Assembly (NCBI GenBank): GCA_036569625.1
Contig: DATCQG010000212.1
Coordinates: 1 to 43,789, forward strand
Length of the DNA stretch: 43,789 nucleotides
From: Dermatophilaceae bacterium
Lineage (GTDB): Bacteria > Actinomycetota > Actinomycetes > Actinomycetales > Dermatophilaceae
Direction: 5' to 3'
Part shown: positions 1 to 8,638 of the stretch, piece by piece
How positions within the stretch are numbered: position 1 is the first letter of the stretch
Layout: every line of letters starts with the position of its first letter
Position numbers and translations under genes: made by a program
Notes under the pieces: generated by a model
Database searches by the model: none
Seen by the model: the letters and a program-made list of their open reading frames with translations, nothing else
What the model was told of the DNA's origin: nothing

Positions 1-1
1 G

Positions 2-1111
2 GCCTGCGGCTCTGCAGCCAAGAGCCCCACAGCCGGTGCCACGACCAAGGGTCTGGTCAAGGCAGCCCCAGACCTGTCCGCTGCAGAGCAACTGGTCAAC
101 TGGTCGAACTGGCCGTCCTACATGGACGTCAACACGACGACCAAGAACCACCCGACCCTGGACGCCTTCACCAAGAAGACCGGGATCAAGGTCAACTACA
201 CCGAGGACTACAACGACAACAACGAGTTCTACGCCAAGGTGCGCCCCCTGCTGGCCGCAGGCGCCGACACCGGCCGCGACCTGTGGGTGAGCACGGACTG
301 GATGGTTGCCAGGCTGATCCGGGAGAACTTCGTCCAGAAGTTCGACCTGGCCAACATGCCGAACCACTCCAACGTCGAGGATGCTCTTCTCAACGTGCTC
401 TACGACAAGGGCCGGTTGTACTCCCTGCCCTGGCAGAGCGGGTTCACCGGAATCGCCTGGAACCCCAAGTCCACCGGCGGCAAGAAGATAGAGACCGTGG
501 ACCAGCTGCTCACCGATCCCAAGCTCAAGGGCAAGGTCACCTTGCTGACGGAGATGCACGACACCATCGGCCTGGTACTAGTAGCACTGGGTAAGGACCC
601 GGCCAAGTTCACCGACGCGGACTTCGACGCTGCGTGCGCCGAGATCCAGAAGGCCAAGGACGCCGGGCAGATCAAGGGATTCACCGGCAACGACTACACC
701 AAGCCGCTTGCCTCCGGCGACACGGCGGCCTGCATGGCGTGGACCGGCGACATCGTCCAGCTCAAGGCTGACAACCCCAACCTCGGCTATGCGCTGCCCA
801 CGCAGGGTTTCATGTACTGGTCGGACAACTTTGTCATCCCCAACCTGGCCAAGCACAAGAAGAACGCCGAGACAGTGATCAACTACTACTACGATCCCGC
901 TGTCATGGCCCAGGTGGTCGACTACGTCAACTACATCTCTCCGGTCAAGGGGTCGAAGGCGATACTGCTGAAGTCCGACCCCCCCGCCGCTTCCAACCCG
1001 CTGATCTTTCCCTCACCTGAGGTTATTGCCAACTCGAAGATCTTCCGACCCCTGACCGCCGTCGAGGAGACCAAGTACAACCGCAAGTTCCAGGCACTCG
1101 TGACGGGGTGA
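2..1111 (+). CDS. potD: Polyamine (spermidine/putrescine-type) ABC transporter substrate-binding lipoprotein; 5' end cut by the window edge
   Basis: The frame of ORF 122..1111 stays open back to nt 2. It reads ACGSAAKSPTAG... (lipobox-like Cys at nt 5-7), then NWSNWPSYMD and SLPWQSGFTGIAWN, which look like PotD/PotF-family binding proteins. potA/B/C-like genes follow directly. Family call is from motif recall, not a search. Confidence 0.8.
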   Translation, partial: ACGSAAKSPTAGATTKGLVKAAPDLSAAEQLVNWSNWPSYMDVNTTTKNHPTLDAFTKKTGIKVNYTEDYNDNNEFYAKVRPLLAAGADTGRDLWVSTDWMVARLIRENFVQKFDLANMPNHSNVEDALLNVLYDKGRLYSLPWQSGFTGIAWNPKSTGGKKIETVDQLLTDPKLKGKVTLLTEMHDTIGLVLVALGKDPAKFTDADFDAACAEIQKAKDAGQIKGFTGNDYTKPLASGDTAACMAWTGDIVQLKADNPNLGYALPTQGFMYWSDNFVIPNLAKHKKNAETVINYYYDPAVMAQVVDYVNYISPVKGSKAILLKSDPPAASNPLIFPSPEVIANSKIFRPLTAVEETKYNRKFQALVTG

Positions 1112-1118
1112 GCTGCCA

Positions 1119-2282
1119 GTGACCGAGAAGACCTCTGGTGACCTGAAGCTGACCGGGGTCACAAAGCGGTATGACACGTTCACTGCTGTCGACAACCTCG
1201 ACCTGGTCATACCGCGCGGCTCGTTCTTCGCATTGTTGGGCCCCTCGGGGTGTGGCAAGACAACGACGCTAAGAATGGTTGCCGGGCTGGACCAGCCGAC
1301 CATCGGCCAGATCTGGATCGGTGACAAGGACATCACCGATACCAGGGCCTATCAACGCAATGTCAATACGGTGTTCCAGAGCTATGCGCTGTTTCCTCAC
1401 CTCAGCATCCTGGAGAACGTCACCTTCGGGCTGCGTCGTCGCAAGGTCTCGGACTACAAGGCCCAGGCGATGGCGGCCCTCGAGCTCGTCCAGCTTGCCC
1501 ATATCGCGAAGAAGAAGCCTGGGCAGCTCTCCGGTGGTATGCAGCAACGGGTCGCGTTGGCCCGGGCCATCGTCAACCGGCCGGACGTCCTTCTGCTCGA
1601 TGAGCCGCTGGGCGCCCTCGACCTGAAGCTGCGTCGGCAGATGCAGATTGAGCTCAAGCAGATCCAGTCCGAGGTCGGTCTGACTTTCGTCCATGTGACC
1701 CACGACCAGGAAGAGGCCATGACCATGGCCGACACCATTGCCGTTATGAACGGTGGGCGGCTCGAGCAGGTCGCTGATCCCGCAACGCTCTACGAACGTC
1801 CGACGTCGACGTTCGTGGCCAACTTCCTGGGACAGTCCAACCTGCTGAAGGCGTCAGTCAAGAGCCGGGCGGGAGCCACTGCTGAGCTCGATGTGCACGG
1901 CGTGAGCCTGCGTCTCCCTGTTGATCGTCTGAAGGAAACCACCACCGAGCTATGGCTCGGGGTGCGCCCCGAGAAGCTGCGGCTGGTCGGGCCCACCAAT
2001 GGGGACGGTGCCGACCAGAGCGCGGACGATCACGCCAAACAGAATCGGCTCACCGGCGTTGTCGTCGATGCCTCGTTCACCGGGTTGGCCACCAACTACC
2101 TGGTCAAGCTTCCTTGGGGCCAGGAGCTGATGGTGGTGCAGCAGAACGACGGTGCGCGGTCGGCCGCAAGGGGGGCGCAGGTCAACCTGGGCTGGGCTCC
2201 AGAGCATGGCTTTGCCCTGAACGCTGCTCAGGATGCGCATGCTGGCGCGCAGGATCAGGCCGACGACAGCGGAGCCATCTAG
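1119..2282 (+). CDS. potA: Polyamine-type ABC transporter ATP-binding protein
   Basis: GTG start 7 nt after the binding-protein stop. Walker A GPSGCGKTT, ABC signature LSGGMQQRVALARA, Walker B VLLLDEP, H-loop VTHDQEEA. Long C-terminal regulatory extension as in PotA/MalK-type importer ATPases. Confidence 0.9.
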   Translation: MTEKTSGDLKLTGVTKRYDTFTAVDNLDLVIPRGSFFALLGPSGCGKTTTLRMVAGLDQPTIGQIWIGDKDITDTRAYQRNVNTVFQSYALFPHLSILENVTFGLRRRKVSDYKAQAMAALELVQLAHIAKKKPGQLSGGMQQRVALARAIVNRPDVLLLDEPLGALDLKLRRQMQIELKQIQSEVGLTFVHVTHDQEEAMTMADTIAVMNGGRLEQVADPATLYERPTSTFVANFLGQSNLLKASVKSRAGATAELDVHGVSLRLPVDRLKETTTELWLGVRPEKLRLVGPTNGDGADQSADDHAKQNRLTGVVVDASFTGLATNYLVKLPWGQELMVVQQNDGARSAARGAQVNLGWAPEHGFALNAAQDAHAGAQDQADDSGAI

Positions 2283-3200
2283 TGGTCGGGCAGCTAGTTG
2301 AAGGACCTGTCGTCACCCTGCAGCCCCTTAGGCCGGCCAGACGCAACTACATGCCCTATCTGCTGCTGCTGCCCGGGCTGGCCTGGCTCCTGGTGTTTTT
2401 CGTTGTGCCGATGCTCTCGCTGGCGTCACAGTCGCTACAGACCGGCAGCGTGGAGACCGGCTACGTGCAGACCTGGAACTTCCAGACCTATGTTGACGCG
2501 CTGTCACGGTACTGGCCACACTTCGCGCGGTCGCTGGTGTTTGCGGGCACTGCCACGGTGTTCACGCTGATACTTGCCTATCCGCTGGCGTACTTCATGG
2601 CACAAAAGGCCGGCAGGTGGAAGAACATCCTGCTGGTGCTGGTGATCGCGCCCTTCTTCACCAGCTTCCTGATCCGCACCCTTGCCTGGCAGACGATCCT
2701 CTCCGACAACGGGCTGGTGGCGGGCCTGGCTCGTTCGACCCACTTCACCGATCTGTTGCAGCTGGTGAACCTGACCAACAACGACTCGCTTCTGAACTCG
2801 CGGTTCGCGGTCATCGCCGGTCTGACCTACAACCTTCCTCCCGTTCATGATCCTGCCGCTCTACGCCAACCTCGAACGCCTCGACCACAACCTGGTCGAG
2901 GCCGCCGGGGATCTTTATGCCACACCGCTCCAGACGTTCTGGAAGGTCACCTGGCCGCTCTCGCTGCCAGGGGTCGTGGGCGGCACCTTGCTGACCTTCA
3001 TCCCCGCAGCAGGTGACTTCATCAACTCCCGGCTGCTCGGGAACACCCAGACGGTCATGATCGGGCAGGTCATCGACTCGCAGTTCCTTCAGGTCCAGGA
3101 CTATGCGGTGGCAGCAGCCCTCTCATTCGTGCTGATGGCCGTGATCGTGGTCATCGTGGCCCTCTACGTCCGCCGTGCCGGCACCGAGGAGCTGGTCTGA
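2282..3200 (+). pseudogene. potB: PotB-type ABC permease interrupted by a 1-nt frameshift near nt 2833/2834 (genuine pseudogene, split gene or sequencing indel)
   Basis: The N-terminal part is in the frame of nt 2282 (GTG overlapping the potA TAG) or ATG 2351: MPYLLLLPGLAWLLVFFVVPML...AVIAGLTYN. The C-terminal part is in the frame of nt 2847: (FLPF)MILPLYANLERLDHNLVEAAGDLYATPLQTFWKVTWPLSLPG..., ending at TGA 3198-3200. Joining the two restores the conserved permease segment. As written, the first frame continues as nonsense (LPPVHDPAALRQPRTPRPQ...) to a stop at 3016. Confidence 0.8.
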
Positions 3201-3994
3201 TGCGCTGGCTACGGTCACATCTGGTCGGTATGGCGGCGCTGGCGGTGCTGGCCTATCTGCTGATCCCCAACCTTGTCGTGATCGTCTTCTCTTTCAACAG
3301 ACCAGCCGGGAGCTACAACTACCAGTGGGAGCACTTCTCCCTCGACGCCTGGACGAACCCGTGTGGGACCCCCGGCATCTGTGACTCGCTCGGGCTCAGC
3401 CTGAAGATTGGGCTGATCGCCACCATCGTGGCGACCGTCCTCGGGACCATGGTCGCCTTTGCCATCGGCCGGAACCGCTTCCGGGGTCGCTCTTCGGTCA
3501 ACCTGCTCATCTTCCTGCCGATGGCCACCCCCGAGGTCGTGATGGGCTCCAGCTTGCTGACGCTGTTCATCGCGATGGGCATCGCGCCCGGCACTCCGAC
3601 CATCCTGATCGCGCACATCCTGTTCTGTCTGTCGTTCGTCGTCGTCACGGTCAAGGCGCGAATCGCTTCCCTCGACCCCCGGCTGGAGGAGGCTGCGGCG
3701 GACCTGTTCGCAACTCCGACCCAGGCATTCCTGAGGGTGACGTTGCCGCTCGTGGCACCGGGTATTGCAGCTGGAGCGCTGTTGGCCTTCTCGCTCTCCT
3801 TCGACGACTACATCATCACGAACTTCAACGCGAGTCCGAGCTCGGTGACCTTCCCGATGTACGTCTGGGGCGCGGCACAACGAGGGACTCCGGTGCAGAT
3901 CAACGTCATAGGCACGGTGATGTTCATGGCGGCACTGCTCCTCGTCGCGACGGGGACGCTGATCAGCAACCGACGCGCCAGGGCATCTGTCTGA
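3200..3994 (+). CDS. potC: PotC-type ABC transporter permease
   Basis: The ATG overlaps the potB stop (TGATG). Multi-pass hydrophobic protein with the permease EAA-type loop LEEAAADLFATPTQAFLRVTLPLVAPG. Confidence 0.88.
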   Translation: MRWLRSHLVGMAALAVLAYLLIPNLVVIVFSFNRPAGSYNYQWEHFSLDAWTNPCGTPGICDSLGLSLKIGLIATIVATVLGTMVAFAIGRNRFRGRSSVNLLIFLPMATPEVVMGSSLLTLFIAMGIAPGTPTILIAHILFCLSFVVVTVKARIASLDPRLEEAAADLFATPTQAFLRVTLPLVAPGIAAGALLAFSLSFDDYIITNFNASPSSVTFPMYVWGAAQRGTPVQINVIGTVMFMAALLLVATGTLISNRRARASV

Positions 3995-3996
3995 CC

Positions 3997-5259
3997 ATGC
4001 GGATCCTGGTCGTGGGGTCAGGCGGTGTGGGCGATGCCTTCGCCCGGATCGCGGTCCAGCGCGACTTCTTCGAGCTTCTGGTCATGTCCGACTACGACGA
4101 GGCGAGGGCTGCGGCGACCGTCGCTGTGGCCACGGCCCGCCGGCAGGGAGAGCATCGCCTGGTCGCCGACCAGGTCGACGCCTCATCTCGTGAGTCGGTC
4201 GCGACGCTGGCACGCCGGCACTCCATCACGCACGTGCTCAACGCGGTGGACCCGCGGTTCGTCATGCCGGTGTTCGAGGGCGCCCTCGCCGCAGGTGCCG
4301 ACTACCTCGACATGGCCATGAGCCTCTCGAGCCCCCACCCCCAGCGGCCGTATGCCGAGCCGGGCGTCAAGCTCGGTGACGACCAGTTCGCCGCGGCGCA
4401 GCTCTGGGAGGATGCCGGACGCCTGGCGCTCGTCGGCATCGGTGTCGAGCCGGGGCTCTCCGACATCTTCGCGCGATACGCAGCCGACCACCTGTTCAGC
4501 CGGATCGAGGAGCTCGGGACCCGCGACGGAGCCAGCCTGGTGGTTCGGGACGACCAGGGCGAGGAGATCTTCGCACCGAGCTTCTCGATCTGGACCACCA
4601 TCGAGGAATGCCTCAACGCCCCCGTGATCTGGGAGAGGGACAAGGGCTGGTTCACGACTGCGCCGTTCAGCGAGCCCGAGATGTTCGACTTCCCCGAGGG
4701 CATCGGCCCGGTCGAGTGCGTCAACGTCGAGCACGAGGAGGTTCTGCTCATGCCGCGTTGGGTCGATGCCAGACGCGTGACCTTCAAGTACGGGCTCGGT
4801 GGCGACTTCATCGGCGTGCTCAAGACCCTGCACGCCCTGGGTCTGGACCGTACAGAGAAGGTGGGCGTGGGCGGCATACAGGTCTCTCCGCGGGACGTGG
4901 TGGCGGCCTGCCTGCCTGATCCGGCCACGATCGGGCCACGGATGACCGGCAAGACCTGCGCAGGTCTTTGGGTGACCGGCACAGGCAAGGACGGCGAGCC
5001 GCGCGAGGTCTACCTCTACCACGTGGTGGACAACGAGTGGGCGATGCGCGAGTACGGCGCGCAATGCGTGGTGTGGCAGACCGCGGTCAATCCCGTTGTG
5101 GCACTTGAGCTTCTGGCGACGGGGGTGTGGAGCGGCACGGGCGTGCGTGGTCCGGAGTCCTTCGATGCCGTGCCGTTCCTCGACCTGCTCAAGGCGCCCC
5201 TGCCCGGTGGCTATGACTCCGCGTGGGGCATGGAGGAACGGCTATCGTCAGCGCCATGA
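3997..5259 (+). CDS. Saccharopine dehydrogenase-family NAD(P)-binding enzyme (carboxynorspermidine-dehydrogenase-like superfamily; substrate unknown)
   Basis: ATG lies 2 nt after the potC stop. N-terminal Rossmann motif MRILVVGSGGVGDAF. Its 420 aa and two-domain layout are as recalled for the saccharopine / carboxynorspermidine dehydrogenase family. The subfamily cannot be assigned by eye. Confidence 0.7.
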   Translation: MRILVVGSGGVGDAFARIAVQRDFFELLVMSDYDEARAAATVAVATARRQGEHRLVADQVDASSRESVATLARRHSITHVLNAVDPRFVMPVFEGALAAGADYLDMAMSLSSPHPQRPYAEPGVKLGDDQFAAAQLWEDAGRLALVGIGVEPGLSDIFARYAADHLFSRIEELGTRDGASLVVRDDQGEEIFAPSFSIWTTIEECLNAPVIWERDKGWFTTAPFSEPEMFDFPEGIGPVECVNVEHEEVLLMPRWVDARRVTFKYGLGGDFIGVLKTLHALGLDRTEKVGVGGIQVSPRDVVAACLPDPATIGPRMTGKTCAGLWVTGTGKDGEPREVYLYHVVDNEWAMREYGAQCVVWQTAVNPVVALELLATGVWSGTGVRGPESFDAVPFLDLLKAPLPGGYDSAWGMEERLSSAP

Positions 5260-6269
5260 CTCGATACGGCCCGCAGTTCGGACCTGACATCACCTTCCTG
5301 GGGGTCCCGCGATGCGACCTCGACGAGCCCGGGACGTACTCCGATGCGGACGTCGTGATCCTCGGTGCGCCGTTTGACGGTGGCACCTCCAACCGGCCGG
5401 GCGCGCGTTTCGGTCCGATGGCAATCCGGATGACGGACTACCTTCCGCATGACGGTTCGCGCCCCAGCCTCGCGCTTCGCACCGATGGCCTGGTGGACCT
5501 CAAGGTGGTCGATGCCGGAGACGTCGAGATGTACTCCGGCGACATCGAGAAGGCCCTCCCAGCCCTGGAGGCGGCCGTCGAGAAGGTGACCCGTGAGGGC
5601 GCCATACCCATCGTGCTCGGTGGCGACCACTCCATCGCGTTTCCCGACGCCAAGGGTGTGGCGAACGTGCTTGGGCACGGGCGGGTATCGATGCTCCACT
5701 TCGACGCGCACGCCGACACCGGCGACATCGAGTTCGGCTCACTCTGGGGCCACGGTCAGCCGATGCGCCGGCTGATCGAGTCCGGCGCCCTTCGGGGTGA
5801 CAGGTTCCTGCAGATCGGGCTGCGTGGCTACTGGCCGCCCCCCGAGACGCTGGACTGGATGGCCGGCGAGGGGATGCGCTCCTATGAGATGACCGAGATC
5901 GGCCGCCGTGGGCTCCAAGAGTGTCTGACCGAGGCTTTCGTCATCGCGATGGACGAGTGCGAGGGTGTGTTTCTCTCGGTCGACATCGACGTCTGCGACC
6001 CTGGCCATGCTCCCGGCACCGGTACGCCAGAGCCTGGCGGACTGACCGCCCGTGAGCTTCTGGACTCGGTCCGGCGGATCTGTCTCGAGCTCCCCGTCGT
6101 GGGTGTCGATGTCGTCGAGGTCAGCCCGCCCTATGACCACGCAGACATCACTGCGGCACTGGCCAACCGCGTGGTGCTGGAGGCACTTTCGGCGATTGCC
6201 CGTCGTCGTCAGGACTTCCGTGACGGGACCACCTGGAACCCCGCCCAGCCGCTGCTGGACGGTCGCTGA
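5256..6269 (+). CDS. speB: Agmatinase / guanidino-acid hydrolase family ureohydrolase (arginase fold)
   Basis: The start is ATG 5256 in an ATGA overlap with the upstream stop (the track's 5223 start is less likely). Mn-ligand motifs are intact: GGDHSIAFP, HFDAHADTGD, SVDIDVCDPGHAPGTGTPEPGG. The substrate (agmatine versus another guanidino compound) cannot be determined from sequence alone. Confidence 0.85.
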   Translation: MTRYGPQFGPDITFLGVPRCDLDEPGTYSDADVVILGAPFDGGTSNRPGARFGPMAIRMTDYLPHDGSRPSLALRTDGLVDLKVVDAGDVEMYSGDIEKALPALEAAVEKVTREGAIPIVLGGDHSIAFPDAKGVANVLGHGRVSMLHFDAHADTGDIEFGSLWGHGQPMRRLIESGALRGDRFLQIGLRGYWPPPETLDWMAGEGMRSYEMTEIGRRGLQECLTEAFVIAMDECEGVFLSVDIDVCDPGHAPGTGTPEPGGLTARELLDSVRRICLELPVVGVDVVEVSPPYDHADITAALANRVVLEALSAIARRRQDFRDGTTWNPAQPLLDGR

Positions 6270-6348
6270 GCTCAGCTCCGATCAGCCGTTCGGCCAGACC
6301 TTCTCGAACCTCCGGCGCCACAGTGTGTCCTCGTGGTCCAATGCAGCC

Positions 6349-7377
6349 ATGACGACAGAGCGCCTACAAACGCTGCACAGTGTTCTGGACGAGACCGACG
6401 GGCGGCTCAAGGCGGGTGAAGCCGTCGCAGGCGGGGTCTGGCCATCCGGGTTCGGTTCCCTGGACGTGGCGCTGGGCGGCGGTTTTCGCTCCGGTGAGCT
6501 GACCCTTTTGGGTGGTCCGCCGGGTCTGGGCAAGACCACCCTCGCCCTGCAGATGATCCGCAACCTCCTCGCCGCCCACCGTCACGCGGTCTACTTCTCC
6601 TACGAGCACGACACCCAGTCCGTGCTGGAGCGGCTGATTGTCCTGGAGGCTGCCGAGATCGCCGGTTCCAACGCGGTCGGGTTGCCTCGTGTCCGACAGG
6701 CGTTCGAAGCGCGCCATGGCTCTTCCCTGACGCTGGAGGAACGGCTCGCCGGCACCGAGGGCGGGGCGGAGGCGGTTGAGGCGCTCCAGGGCTATGGCCC
6801 CCGTCTGCACGTGCACCGTTCCAGCGGGGCGCACACGGACGTCGAGGCGATGAGGGCGGTCGTCGAGAAGATCCAGGAGGACACGGGTCAGGTGCCCTTC
6901 GTGGTCGTCGACTATCTGCAGAAGGTCCATGTCGCCTCGCCGGCCGAGGAACGTCGGCGCGGTCCGCGGATGGCCGAGGACGACCGGGTGACTGTGGTCG
7001 TCGAGGGGCTCAAGGACATGGCACTGGAGATGGTGATCCCTGTTCTCGCCCTCGTGGCCGTCGACAAGAGCGGTCTTGACGCCGGCAAACGGGTGAGGCT
7101 ACGCGACCTGCGTGGCTCCTCGGCCCTTGCCCACGAGGCGGATGTGGCTCTCATCATGAACGACAAGTTCGACGTGGTCGCCCGCCATCACCTCATGTAC
7201 AACCTGACCAATGCCGAGACCTACCGCGAGTGGGTGGTCATCAGCATCGAGAAGAACCGCAACGGCGTGGACGGTGTGGACCTCGAGTTCCGAAAGCGCT
7301 TTGAGCACAGCAGGTTCGACTCCGACGGCGCAACCGTCGTCGAGCAGCTGGTCGACGAGCGGATCTTCGTCGGCTAA
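6349..7377 (+). CDS. Stand-alone DnaB C-terminal-domain (RecA-superfamily, KaiC/DnaB-like) ATPase
   Basis: Walker [16 protein letters not shown] (nt 6511-6540 onward), DnaB-type Walker [29 protein letters not shown] and IEKNRNG. ATG 6349 (or GTG 6325) is preferred over the track start 6052, which overlaps the ureohydrolase gene. There is no N-terminal DnaB helical domain. Confidence 0.7.
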   Translation: MTTERLQTLHSVLDETDGRLKAGEAVAGGVWPSGFGSLDVALGGGFRSGELTLLGGPPGLGKTTLALQMIRNLLAAHRHAVYFSYEHDTQSVLERLIVLEAAEIAGSNAVGLPRVRQAFEARHGSSLTLEERLAGTEGGAEAVEALQGYGPRLHVHRSSGAHTDVEAMRAVVEKIQEDTGQVPFVVVDYLQKVHVASPAEERRRGPRMAEDDRVTVVVEGLKDMALEMVIPVLALVAVDKSGLDAGKRVRLRDLRGSSALAHEADVALIMNDKFDVVARHHLMYNLTNAETYREWVVISIEKNRNGVDGVDLEFRKRFEHSRFDSDGATVVEQLVDERIFVG

Positions 7378-7387
7378 CGCCCGAACG

Positions 7388-8638
7388 GTGCCGGCGACAT
7401 TGAAGGACAATGGGACGGTGACCCCACCACCGCGCAGCATCGTCATCCTGGGCTCCACCGGTTCCATCGGCACCCAGGCGCTGGAGGTCGTGGCCGCCAA
7501 TCCGGATCGCTTCCGAGTGAGCGCGATCAGCGCAGGTGGTGGCAGTCTCGCCCTGCTGGCGCGCCAGGCAGTGGCCCTCCGCGTCGAGGCGGTGGGTGTG
7601 GCCCTGGGAGAGCGCGACGTCGTCGCGGCGGCGATCCACCGGGCGGCCGGAGAGGCTGGGCGCCAGGGATTCGCGCCGGACATCTTTGTCGGGCCGGCGG
7701 CCAACACTGATCTGGCCTCGAGCGGGGCCGATGTGGTCCTCAACGGGATCACGGGCTCGATCGGCCTGCGTCCGACCCTGGCCGCTCTGGCAGCGGGCAG
7801 CACACTTGCGCTGGCCAACAAGGAGTCCCTGATCGTCGGTGGCTCCCTGGTCAAGGCGGCTGCCGGACCCGGCCAGATCGTTCCCGTGGACAGTGAGCAC
7901 AGCGCCCTGGCCCAGTGCCTGCGTGGTGGCAGAACCGATGAGGTGCGCCGGCTCATCGTGACCGCCAGCGGGGGACCCTTCCGTGGTCGTAGCCGGGCAG
8001 AGCTCGGGACCGTCACGCCCAAACAGGCCCTTGACCATCCGACATGGACCATGGGGCCGGTCGTCACGACCAACTCGGCAACGCTGGTCAACAAGGGCCT
8101 GGAGGTGATCGAGGCCCATCTGCTGTTCGACATCCCGTTCGAGCGGATCGAGGTCGTTGTGCACCCCCAGTCGGTGGTCCACTCGATGGTTGAGTTCATC
8201 GACGGCTCCACCCTCGCGCAGGTCTCGCCGCCGGACATGCGCCTGCCGATCGCTCTGGGACTCGCATGGCCCGACCGGGTCGACGGGGCCGTCGCCGCCT
8301 GTGACTGGACCCGTGCCGCCACGTGGGAGTTCTCACCACTGGACGAGGACGCCTTTCCGGCAGTCGCGCTGGCCAGACGGGTGGGGGTTGCGGGTTCATG
8401 CTTCCCCGCAGTCTTCAACGCAGCCAACGAGGAGTGCGTCAGGGCATTCCTCGGCGGCCACATCCGGTTCCTCGACATCGTCGATACGATCGAGCGGCTG
8501 GTCGACGAGTGGAGCTCCCAACCTGAGAACGTTTCGGATCCGCTGGACGTTGAGACCGTATTGCGCGCCGAGACCTGGGCGCGAAAACGCGCCCATGAGG
8601 TTCTGGGCCTTACCGGAAGTGAGACGCTGGTCTCGTGA
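7388..8638 (+). CDS. dxr: 1-deoxy-D-xylulose 5-phosphate reductoisomerase
   Basis: Motifs [13 protein letters not shown] (NADPH site), [22 protein letters not shown] and [10 protein letters not shown]. The start is uncertain: GTG 7388, TTG 7400 or GTG 7418. The track start 7211 overlaps the previous gene. Confidence 0.93.
   Translation: MPATLKDNGTVTPPPRSIVILGSTGSIGTQALEVVAANPDRFRVSAISAGGGSLALLARQAVALRVEAVGVALGERDVVAAAIHRAAGEAGRQGFAPDIFVGPAANTDLASSGADVVLNGITGSIGLRPTLAALAAGSTLALANKESLIVGGSLVKAAAGPGQIVPVDSEHSALAQCLRGGRTDEVRRLIVTASGGPFRGRSRAELGTVTPKQALDHPTWTMGPVVTTNSATLVNKGLEVIEAHLLFDIPFERIEVVVHPQSVVHSMVEFIDGSTLAQVSPPDMRLPIALGLAWPDRVDGAVAACDWTRAATWEFSPLDEDAFPAVALARRVGVAGSCFPAVFNAANEECVRAFLGGHIRFLDIVDTIERLVDEWSSQPENVSDPLDVETVLRAETWARKRAHEVLGLTGSETLVS

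Noticed and set aside
1952-2281. N-terminal 110-codon extension of the potB ORF (track start 1952)
   Set aside because: It overlaps the 3' part of potA in another frame and reads as Arg/Gly-rich nonsense. The hydrophobic permease N-terminus starts at 2282/2351.
2826-2849. Programmed ribosomal frameshift as the explanation for the potB frame change
   Set aside because: There is no slippery heptamer, no stimulatory Shine-Dalgarno-like element or downstream structure, and no precedent for recoding in this family. An indel (biological or technical) is the more economical explanation.
6052-6348. N-terminal extension of the DnaB_C-like ORF (track start 6052)
   Set aside because: It overlaps the last ~70 codons of the ureohydrolase gene out of frame and has no protein-like features. 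ATG 6349 or GTG 6325 follow the upstream stop.
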